Part shown: piece by piece, positions 11,601-22,900 of the stretch | How positions within the stretch are numbered: the first letter of the stretch is position 1 | Layout of the letters: the number at the start of each line of letters is the position of its first letter | Assembly: GCF_018977255.1 (NCBI RefSeq) | Contig: NW_024704743.1 | Span: 6,946,001 to 7,010,000, forward strand | From: Callorhinchus milii | Lineage: Eukaryota | Direction: 5' to 3' | Length of the DNA stretch: 64,000 bases | Position numbers and translations under genes: made by a program | The notes under the pieces: model-generated | The model's input: only the letters and a program-made list of their open reading frames with translations | Database searches by the model: none | Told to the model about the DNA's origin: nothing

Positions 11601-12039
11601 TTTGGCTTGGCTGCATCGTCCAGTCCCTTCTCCAGTCCCTTCTACCCCACCCAGACCATCCACATCGCCTTCTCCTTCCACCGTGGCTCCTGCCACTCCC
11701 CTTCCTTACACTCCTTTACTCCTATTGCTCCCTCCTCCCTCTCAACCACGATCACCTGCATGAACCCGTGCTTACGGCAACCTCCCCCCTACCCCGGCTC
11801 GGAGTCAGGCTCCACCACTGTTAAGCATCCTGAGACGCTACCCTGCATGAAGGCACTATATAACTGCAAATTGCTGTTGTATATTTGACAGCAATTTTTA
11901 TTTTGATATTAATTGAAGAGGACATAATTTTGAAGGGGGCAATTTGATGCAAGTCATGTGATTTTGATGTGATTTCTTATGTATTACATCCAATGTTACT
12001 TCCTAAATGAAAACTATTTAATCTGTATTTGAAAGAATC

Positions 12040-12450
12040 AACACTTCCTGCTTTAACACTCTCCCTAGGGAACCTGATCCAAAGGTTCACTCTTCACTCA
12101 CTGATATAGTATTTGCGTAGATTTGTTCCGAATTTACCCCCCTTCAATCACATGCCGTGTCCTCTGGCTTTACTATTCTGGACAAGTTGAAACAGCTTGT
12201 CATGACCTATATTGTCTAGCCCCTTTAGAATCTTAAAGACAGCAAGCATGTCGCCTCTCAATCTTCTATTTTCCAGTATGAATGTGCCCAATTTACTTAG
12301 TCGCTCTTCATAGTCCAGTCATTCCATTCCCCAATCATTTTGGTTACCCTCCTCTGCATCTTCTCGATTTCTCCAATATCCTTTTTGTGCTGGGCGACCA
12401 GAACTGGACACGAATTCTAAGTATGATCTCACCAATGGATTATATAGATA
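12040..12450 (-). mobile_element. CR1 LINE 3' fragment
   Basis: Reverse complement resembles the CR1 ORF2 C-terminus (VQFWSP; LEYRRLRGDM-like) and matches 50225-50680. Confidence 0.75.
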
Positions 12451-13814
12451 TACAGATTTATATAGATTAATCTAGATTACATTTATAAAAACTTGTATTT
12501 ATATTTAGAAATTTACAAGCAGTGGAGATTGGGATTTTAAGAAATGGAATGAAGTAAGCAGCTTCGAAGTCAGGAGCTTTGAAGTCAGGAGGGACAGTTT
12601 CTAGATGTTGATGATGTTGACTGGCAAGTGGGTCAAGAATGGGTAGCCAGAAGGTGAATCAATGGGAAGCTTCATGCAACACAATAATCTGATGAGAAGT
12701 GGAGGAGAAAAGGAAATAAGATGAAGAAATGAGGGATGGGAGAAGGAGGTGATGAAGGAAACTAAGACAGCAAAGCTGTTGGCATAAATTTTGAAAAGAA
12801 AAAGTAATGAGCAGATCATATTTCATATCTAGAATCAGAGTAGAGGACACAGGAGATGGGTGGTGGGGGGGAGGGGGGGGGGTCGGTGGCGCTGAAAGAA
12901 GTGGATTTGAATAGGAGTGGGATATCCAGCTCAACAATATAGTTCACCAGTTTATTAGATCAGGGGAGAATGTTTAATCCTATTTTCCTGCCTTTTTTTC
13001 CATACCCTTAATTCCAAGGATGGTGGTACAAAAGAGAAGTTTGCCATCCAGAATAATCCTGGAGGATTCACCATAGAGAGGAATACTTATGTGGTCAAGT
13101 CATATCTGACAGTGTATAGCCAGGCAGGTTGTATTTAATAGATACATAGAGGATCCGTTATTTTTTGTACCTTTAATGACATTTTATTGAGTGTCTTTTT
13201 CATACAAAAAGTTTAGCCTTAAAGGCTCTTACATTCATTTTCTAAGGCTCACTCAGTTCATACAGTGTTCAAATGATGCTCATTGGTAGCTCAAACTAAC
13301 AGTTTGGCGGAAAACATTTAACCATTTTATCATAGAATCTTCTTACCATGAAAACTGAAGATGTGCAGCAAGAACAGAATTTCTATTCTCTTTGGTGCGA
13401 TTCTCTTTAGTCCTGTGCATTCAAAGAAAAGTCAGCAGGTTGCCTTCTTCAGCTGTGCTTCCAAATCATTCCATAGAACAAGCACACAAAATTCTTTGTA
13501 CAAGTTTTCTTTACAAGGTTGTGCTCTGCAATTTGTATTATAAAAGTTTTAGAGAAAATATAGCAAAAGATCACAAACCGGTTACAGCAATGTTATATTT
13601 CCTTGAGTGCATCTCATAATTAAAAAAAATCCCTCTGGTGGTATGAAAAAAAAACCCAAACATTAACATTCAGAACTGAATTTTATCTAAAATACAGCAA
13701 CATATGGCTCAGAAAACTGGGAATGAATTGTTTGTAGATTGCTGATCTGAACTCATTTTTCACATTAGATTTTAATAAATATTCAATTTGATTTGAATAT
13801 CAAGCAAAATAAGC

Positions 13815-14680
13815 AAAATAGAAGCCCACGGTATTAAAGGGACAGTGGCAGCATGGATACAGAAGTACAATTTCCAAGTTTGCAGATGATACTAAGTTAG
13901 GAAAAGTGGTAGGCAATGAGGAGGATAGTAGCAGACTGCAAGAAGACATAGACAGACTAGTAAAGTGGGCAGACACGCGGCAGATGAAGTTTAACGTGGA
14001 GAAATGTTAAGTGATGCATTATAGGATGAAGAATGAGGAGAGGCCATATAAGTTGATGGTAGAATCTTAACGGGGCTGAAGGCACAGAGAGACCTGGGGG
14101 TTCATATGAGTAAATCTTTGAAGGTGGCAGGACAGGCAGATAAAGTAGTTAAAAAAGCATATGGGATACTAGACTTTATGAATAGGGGCATAGAATACAG
14201 AAGTCAGGAAGTTATGATGAACCTTTATAAAACACTGGTGAGGCCTCAGCGAGAGACTGTGTTCAGTTCTGGGCACTACACTTTAGGAATGATGTCAAGG
14301 CATTGGAGAGGATGCAAAGGAGATTTACCGGGATGGTACCAGGAATGAAGGACTTCAGTTATCAGGAGAGGCGAGAGAAGCTCCTTGGAGCAGAGAAGAT
14401 TAAAAGGACACTTAATAGAAGTTTTCAAAATTATGAGGGGATTCGATAGGGTGAACAAGGAGAAACTATTTCCATTGGCGGGTGAATTGGTAACCCGAGG
14501 ACACTGATGGTGGAAGCCGATTCAATAACAACTTTTAAGAGAGAAGTAGATAATTATTTGGGGAGGACAAGTTTGCAGGGCTATGGGGAGAGAGCAGGGG
14601 AGTGGGATTGATTTTGATAGTTTTTTTTCAAAGATCCAGCACAGACACAATGGGCCGAATGGCCTCCTTCTGTACGATAT
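13815..14680 (+). mobile_element. CR1 LINE 3' fragment with tail
   Basis: ISKFADDTKLG, DIDRLVKWADT and NLYKTLVRPQ motifs; tail GGGCCGAATGGCCTCCTTCTG. Confidence 0.92.
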
Positions 14681-15034
14681 AATTCTATTATTTACAAATA
14701 ATTTGAAAAATGACTGCTTCTTGACACAATTTACGAAGCATAATACCGGGTCACACATTGTATTTATTATTATTATTGACCAATTGGCTAGAAATTATCA
14801 TAAATAATACATGCATTTGATATGGCACCTTATTAGGTTAAAACATCATGGAATTATTCTCTTTGAAATGTTGTAACTCATTTATGCAAATGCAGCATAA
14901 TCTGTGCCAGCAAACTCCCAAGACAATAATCACTTGAATTTATTCAGTACCTTTCATACTCAAAGCGGGTAGCAGACGGGCAATGGGGGAAGGTGACCAA
15001 AGGCAGAGCAGAAGAGGTCGGTCTTTGAAGACAG

Positions 15035-15355
15035 ATAATAATAATAATAATCCTTGCATTTGATATAGCGCTTTTCACGTCGGGAGGACGTCCCAAAGCG
15101 CTTCACAGAACACATTGTAAAGTGAATTGACTGTATATTTGTGGGCGAACGCGGCAGCCAATTGCGCACAGCAATGTCCCACAAACAGTCGTAGATTGAA
15201 AATGACCAATTTATTATTGGTTTTGGTTTTTGGAGCGATTATTATTAGGTGTGTGGAGTAAGGAAACTTGCCCAAGGTTTCGCCCTCTGCCTGGAATTGA
15301 ACTCAGGTTTCTCGCTTGCAAAGCGAGTGCTCTAACCACTGAGCTACAGGACTCC
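15035..15355 (-). mobile_element. tRNA-Ala-derived SINE, young short form
   Basis: Same structure as 2564-2887. Confidence 0.92.
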
Positions 15356-17100
15356 ACAAAGATGAAGAGGATGTGAGAAAGAGGAATTTTAGGTAGGAAT
15401 TACAGAAGGTGGTAATGAAATCTCAACTGCTAATGGCCATGAAAAAATTCTGAAACATTTCATGTCTACCCTGGACTTCTATGTAGATCACCTCCAGGGA
15501 AATAACACTCTCCTTTATACCAGCTACCCTGTAATTTTATAGTTTCATGTCACATGCTTGATTGCAACACTGTTACCACAAAGATTTACTATCCTATAAA
15601 TTAACACTGAAGTATGAATTATTCATTTGCAATATATAATAAATTCTACCTAATCTATCATTGTTATTTTGACTGCTTCGTACAGAGATAAATTATACTG
15701 TTTTATGCTCAAAATACTCTTTGGTTTCATTGGGATAAAATAATGTCCAAACAAGGTTCATTAGTTTAATCTCATACACAGATCAAAATTCCATAGTGGA
15801 CCAGGTGGCTGTGATAAATGGATGTAGAACAGATATGTACCACAAAAATTTGGTGTGAAAGGGTATAAGTATTTCACACTGTCCTGCAGTAAAAACTATT
15901 GAAATGCTGAGGAAAAAAAATGAAGATCCGTTTTCAAAATTTTAGCAGTGATCTCTTCTGTACATTACAACTTGCACTTATATAGTGTCCCTCACACCAC
16001 GTCGGCTCCCAGAGCGCTTGAAGTGGTGGAGCATGACGCTGAGCTGGGGAGAGAGGGAGGTGACCGTAGGCACGGTCGAATAGGAAGGTCTTCAGGCACG
16101 ACCTGAAGGAAGGGGCAAAGCGCTTGAAAGTAGTATTTTGGTGGTTAGTGGCTGAAAGCGCAAGCACCAATGGTGGAACGGAGGGCATGAGGGGTATGCA
16201 GAATTCGTTCAGAATTAGTATATTATTCAAAAAATCATGCAGTGCTTTGTAAGATAAACTGAAGCAGTGTCAGGATACAACTCATACACCGATCCACTAT
16301 ATTGATCAACTGTCTGAATTGCTGATATGTTTTGACATTTATGTTAATAATACCAAATAAGTAAAATTGAATCCCTCTTTCAGATACCAGATCCTCAATA
16401 AGATCTCAGACTAAACAAGTCACACAATCTATCCAAAACCCCCAAAAATCAAGCCAACCACAACTACAATCGCAACACAATATTTGGATCAGAGTTGAAA
16501 CTAAAGAATCCTGCAAACCTGAAATTGCTTACTTTCAAAATATTTGTACAACCTGGACTGGAAAGGATGACCACAGTACATGTGGATCGTAATTTGTTGT
16601 TGTCAATAAAATGAAATTATAATATTGTATACCTCAATTGATTTCTTTGCCAAATATGTATCTAATTCTATCTTTGATTTGTTGACAATGTGTATATTGC
16701 CTCTCCCTGGCTTCTCTATTTCAAGTACAATTAAACTTAACCAGAATGTGCAGTTGGGACCTTACCATTTCAATGAAAAGATGAAGTTCCTCAGGTCCAA
16801 AATGAAGAGGATCTGCTCTGCTGCCTTAGCCACACCCTCCCCCCAGCCTCCACCTTCCGTCACCTTTGACATCTCTCATTCATTCTGGAAGAAGCTCCAT
16901 TTATCAGTATGGTTTGGTTGGTTGAACTCTTGCCTCTGAGTCTCTGACTGTGGGTTCAAGCCCCATACCAGGACTTTGAACTCATATCGTCCAAATTTAC
17001 ACTCCCAAGTCTATACTTCATTGTTTGGAGTTGCCGGATAAGACTTAAATTGAGATCCTGCCTGTCTGTTCAGGTGGACATTAAAGATCTCACAGCACAT

Positions 17101-17931
17101 AAACAACAAGATTACATTTGTATAGCGCCTTTCACGTTAGGAGGACGTCCCAAGGTGCGGGACAGTGTACAGCGTTTCAGACCCGAGCTGGGGTCGGGGG
17201 GGGGGGGGGGGGGGATGACCAATGGCATGGTCGAAGAGGAGGGTTTTGAGGTGGGACTTGAAGGAGGCTAAGGAGGGGGTGAGGGGGAGTGATTGGGGGA
17301 TGGAGTTCCAGAGGTTGGGGGCAGAGTGGCTGAAGGCTCTCCTGCCAATGGTGGAGTGGGTGGGTCGGGGGACGTGGAGCAGGACAGAGCCGGCTGAGAG
17401 GAGGGAGTGGGCAGGTTGGTAGGGTTTAGGTGGTTGCAGAGGTAGGGTGAGGTGAGGCCATTGAGGGCTTTATAGGTGAGGACCAGGATTTTGAACTGGA
17501 TCCTCTGAAGGATAGGGAGCCAATAGTCGGGCGAGAGTGGGGGAAATAGGGTCACAGAGTTTGGTGCGGGAGAGGACACGGGCTGCAGAGTTCTGGATTA
17601 TCTTCAGCCTGTGGAGGGAGGAGTTGGGAAGGCCGACAAGCAGGGGGTTTGCAGTCGAGCCTGGAGGTGAAGGCATGAACAAGAGTTTCGGCGGCCTGAG
17701 GGGTGAGGTAGTGGCGAAGTCGGGCAATGTTACGGAGGTGAGGGAAGGCAGAGAGCATCATGGCTTGGATGTGGGTAAGAAAAGACAGTTGAGGGTCAAA
17801 CAAGACACCTAATTTCCTGACTGGCTGGTGAGTTGGTGTGCAACCGTGGAAGTTGATGCTGCCAGAGCCTGAGGTGCAGAGGCACTGGCGCGAGACAATC
17901 AGGAGGGCCTCAGTCTTGTTCACATTCAACT
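17101..17931 (-). mobile_element. L2 LINE 3' fragment inserted in a Deu-type SINE (16905-17100 and 17932-18010)
   Basis: [19 protein letters not shown] and WLPILQRIQFKILVLTYKAL remnants; SINE halves on both flanks. Confidence 0.9.
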
Positions 17932-18129
17932 GTAGTCATTAACCTTTACAGTAAATCACGTGAAACACTTTGAAATGTCCACCCTGAAAGGCCCTATAAC
18001 AAACGTGCTATTAATATTCTGTGACTTACCATATACCATCAATAGTACACTGGAATTAGTGCCTATTGATGATGAACTCAGAATGTGGGGCTTGAAACCA
18101 CAATCGAGTCCACGAGACATGAGTCTTTT

Positions 18130-18635
18130 ATTTCACCCAATGTCATACTCAAGTAGTTTACCAGAAACTGAAGTAAAGTTAACTGGCATTTTGTGACTTA
18201 CCTGTCTTTTTTTGAAGATCATGTTTGTCATCCTCCAGTTTTCTGGTCTAGTTTCCCTTCCCTCCCCCCAAAAAATTGGAAAATTAAAGTCAGAACTGGT
18301 GCTATTTTTTCCTTGGTTCCCTCGGGATCCTTGAATACAAATCCTCAGAACCCAGTGTATTATCCAACTTAAATTTGAGTAACAGTTCAGCAGCATTTCT
18401 GTTTTTATAACCTCTACTTACTGTTCTGGTGATTCGACATTCTCAATGTCAACAAACTCTGCGAAAAATGAGTTAAAGTACTCATTTATTATCTCTGCCA
18501 TTCCTTCACTTTCCACTGCAAGGATATCGCTATCACTTAACTGCACTGCCCTTACTTTGAATTTCTTTTTTTCTAATAATCTGTTTATTGAAAGCCCTTT
18601 AGGTTTTTTGCTGCTTTTCTCTCACACTCCCTTCT
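18130..18635 (-). mobile_element. CR1 LINE internal fragment
   Basis: PENWR and PVNFTSVSGKLLE remnants in ORF 18133..18396. Confidence 0.7.
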
Positions 18636-18773
18636 ATAGTCAATTCACTTTACAGTGTGTTCTGTGAAGCGCTTTGGGACGTCCTCCCGACGTGAAAAGC
18701 GCTATATCAAATGCAAGGATTATTATTATTATTATTATTATTTGGCTTTCTAATGTGAATCTCCCCACATCAA

Positions 18774-18787
18774 CCAGCAGGGGGCAC
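18774..18787 (+). promoter_or_regulatory. CTCF-like binding motif
   Basis: CCAGCAGGGGGCAC is a one-base variant of the CTCF core CCAGCAGGGGGCGC and lies in AT-rich unique DNA. Confidence 0.55.
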
Positions 18788-19987
18788 ATGCACCAACAAT
18801 CAATATTCAAACTATCCTGAGCAAAAAGCTGAAGAGAAACTCAAAACAATGCAATCTTCGGGATAAATATTACGTACAACTGATTGTAGGTGGAGGGAAT
18901 TGTAATGACAGTTATGTTCTCACAGAATTCACCCTATTGGTTGAAAGTGATTTTTTTCTAAGCGACGTAAAAACCACAATGTGTCTCTGGCAGTGTAGAA
19001 TTCTGGCAGTTTGACAAGTGAATGTCCTCAGGGAAGGAATATTACTGTTCTAACTTGGAATTTTAGAGAAAACTGGCATTTTACTCCTGTATTAAGTCAT
19101 CCAAAGCCACCAAAATCGTGACAGGAAGAGATTGGCCAATGCTCCATCGCAATGCACCCTCAACAGTAACAACATTAGAGATGGGACCTGTCTGCCAATT
19201 CTCTACAAGATTATGACCAGAACTACTTAGCATAAAAATAATTGTCAGGAACACACAACCTGTTGTTACTGAGCATCGATATGTGTAAATCTATTTGCAA
19301 TACCAGCAACAAAAACAAGGCAAAAATCTTCTCTGTAAACCCTTTTTACCCTAATTGTCATTGGTTGGAACTGTCCTGATTCAACTATATTCCTTATGTG
19401 GAGAAGCTGAAATGCAGTTTAGCACCACTTTCTTAACCAGGCATCTTCAAACAATGCATTTGGCCAAAGATAATAATCTGCTTTTATATTAAAACAAAAT
19501 ATTGACCCTTGATATTGGCCACTGAAACATAATCATCTTTGAGCTTGTAACTTTACAAGCTTTAAGTGTACTTTAAAAATTCAATTATTTGCAAAGGTCT
19601 AGTGTGAAATTTCCTCCAGTTTTATTTAACTTTCCGTTTGTAACTGAAATTCATTTAAAAATATGCTTACTTCACCAATCAATGCAAGTCACAAAAAGAG
19701 GCTCCTCCCAATTCTGTAGGTTTTTTTCCCAACTAGTCTCTGCTGTACTTCTTGATAGTGTAAAGGAACTCATTTCCATTGTATATCACTGGTGTAGCTG
19801 TGTTTATAGATTGAGGTGCATGGACTGGGGTGCATGTTGTTTAAGTCGATAAACAACTTTAAGTCGAAAAATTTGCTTATAATATTATGGTTCTCGCTTC
19901 GACATTAATTTTATTATTTTTGCTTCAAGGCATTTTTCAGGGGTGGGGGGGAGGCAGACAGGGGCGGCAGACAGGGGCGGGGGGGGG

Positions 19988-22900
19988 GCAGCTTCACTCT
20001 CCCCCCCCCCCCAAAACAGCCTCACTCTCCCCCCCCCCAAAACAGCCTCACTCTCCCCCCCCCCAAAACAGCCTCACTCTCCCCCCCCCCCAAAACAGCC
20101 TCACTCTCCCCCCCCCCCAAAACAGCCTCACTCTCCCCCCCCCACCCCAAAACAGCCTCACTCTCCCCCCCCCACCCCAAAACAGCCTCACTCTCCCCCC
20201 CCCACCCCAAAACAGCCTCACTCCCCCCCCCCACCCCAAAACAGCCTCACTCTCCCCCCCCCACCCCAAAACAGCCTCACTCTCCCCCCCCCCCAAAACA
20301 GCCTCACTCTCCCCCCCCCCCCCAAAACAGCCTCACTCTCCCCCCCACCCCAAAACAGCCTCACTCTCCCCCCCACCCCAAACAGCCTCACTCTCCCCCC
20401 CCCCCCACCCCCAAAACAGCCTCACTCTCCCCCCCCCACCCCAAAACAGCCTCACTCTCCCCCCCCCCACCCCAAAACAGCCTCACTCTCCCCCCCCCCA
20501 CCCCAAAACAGCCTCACTCTCCCCCCCCCCCCCAACCCAAAACAGCCTCACTCTCCCCCCCCACCCAAAACAGCCTCACTCTCCCCCCCCCCACCCCAAA
20601 ACAGCCTCACTCTCCCCCCCCCCCCAAAACAGCCTCACTCTCCCCCCCCACCCCAAAACAGCCTCACTCTCCCCCCCCCACCCAAAACAGCCTCACTCTC
20701 CCCCCCCCACCCCAAAACAGCCTCACTCTCCCCCCCCACCCCAAAACAGCCTCACTCTCCCCACCCCCCCCAAAACAGCCTCACTCTCCCCCACCCCCCC
20801 AAAACAGCCTCACTCTCCCCCACCCCCCAAAACAGCCTCACTCTCCCCCACCCCCCCAAAACAGCCTCACTCTCCCCCACCCCCCAAAACAGCCTCACTC
20901 TCCCCCACCCCCCAAAACAGCCTCACTCTCCCCACCCCCCAAAACAGCCTCACTCTCCCCCACCCCCCAAAACAGCCTCACTCTCCCCCACCCCCCCAAA
21001 ACAGCCTCACTCTCCCCCACCCCCCCAAAACAGCCTCACTCTCCCCCACCCCCCAAAACAGCCTCACTCTCCCCACCCCCAAAACAGCCTCACTCTCCCA
21101 CCCCCCAAAACAGCCTCACTCTCCCCCACCCCCCAAAACAGCCTCACTCTCCCCACACCCCCAAAACAGCCTCACTCTCCCCACACCCCCAAAACAGCCT
21201 CACTCTCCCCCCCCCCCAAAACAGCCTCACTCTCCCCCCCCCCCCAAAACAGCCTCACTCCCCCCCCCCAAAACAGCCTCACTCCCCCCCCCCCCAAAAC
21301 AGCCTCACTCCCCCCCCCCCCAAAACAGCCTCACTCTCCCACCCCCCCACAGCCTCACTCTCCCCCCCCCCCCACAGCCTCACTCTCCCCCCCCCACAGC
21401 CTCACTCTCCCCCCCCCCCACAGCCTCACTCTCCCCCCCCCCCACAGCCTCACTCTCCCCCCCCCACAGCCTCACTCTCCCCCCCCCCCACAGCCTCACT
21501 CTCCCCCCCCCCCCACAGCCTCACTCTCCCCCCCCCCCACAGCCTCACTCTCCCCCCCCCCCACAGCCTCACTCTCCCCCCCCCACAGCCTCACTCTCCC
21601 CCCCCCCGCCTCACTCTGCCCCCCCAGCCTCACTCTCCCCCCACCCCCACAGCCTCACTCTCCCCCACCCCCCACAGCCTCACTCTCCCCCCCACCCCCA
21701 ACAGCCTCACTCCCCCAACAACAGCCTCACTCCCCCCACCCCCCCAAAACAGCCTGACTCTCCCCCACCCCCCCAAAACAGCCTGACTCTCCCCCACCCC
21801 CCAAAACAGCCTGACTCTCCCCCACCCCCAAAACAGCCTGACTCTCCCCCACCCCCCCAAAACAGCCTGACTCTCCCCCACCCCCCCAAAACAGCCTGAC
21901 TCTCCCCCACCCCCCCAAAACAGCCTGACTCTCCCCCACCCCCCAAAACAGCCTGACTCTCCCCCACCCCCCAAAACAGCCTGACTCTCCCCCACCCCCC
22001 AAAACAGCCTGACTCTCCCCCACCCCCCAAAACAGCCTGACTCTCCCCCACCCCCCAAAACAGCCTGACTCTCCCCCACCCCCCAAAACAGCCTGACTCT
22101 CCCCCACCCCCCAAAACAGCCTGACTCTCCCCCACCCCCCCAAAACAGCCTGACTCTCCCCACCCCCCAAAACAGCCTGACTCTCCCCCACCCCCCCAAA
22201 ACAGCCTGACTCTCCCCACCCCCCAAAACAGCCTGACTCTCCCCCACCCCCAAAACAGCCTGACTCTCCCCCACCCCCAAACAGCCTGACTCTCCCCCCC
22301 CCCCCAAAACAGCCTGACTCTCCCCCACCCCCCAAAACAGCCTGACTCTCCCCCACCCCCAAAACAGCCTGACTCTCCCCCCCCCCCAAAACAGCCTGAC
22401 TCTCCCCCACCCCCCAAAACAGCCTGACTCTCCCCCACCCCCCCAAAACAGCCTGACTCTCCCCCACCCCCCAAAACAGCCTGACTCTCCCCACCCCCCA
22501 AAACAGCCTGACTCTCCCCCCCCCCCCCAAAACAGCCTGACTCTCCCCCACCCCCCCAAAACAGCCTGACTCTCCCCCACCCCCCCAAAACAGCCTGACT
22601 CTCCCCCACCTCCCCCCCCAAAACAGCCTCACTCTCCCCCCCCCAGCCCACCCCCCACCAAAACAGCCTCACTCTCCCCCACCCCCCCAAAACAGCCTCA
22701 CTCTCCCCACCCCCCAAAACAGCCTCACTCTCCCCCCCCCCCAAAACAGCCTCACTCTCCCCCCCCCCCAAAACAGCCTCACTCTCCCCCCCCCCCAAAA
22801 CAGCCTCACTCTCCCCCCCCCCCCAACAGCCTCACTCTCCCCCCCCAAAACAGCCCTCACTCTCCCCCCCCCCCACAGCCTCACTCTCCCCCCCCCCCCC

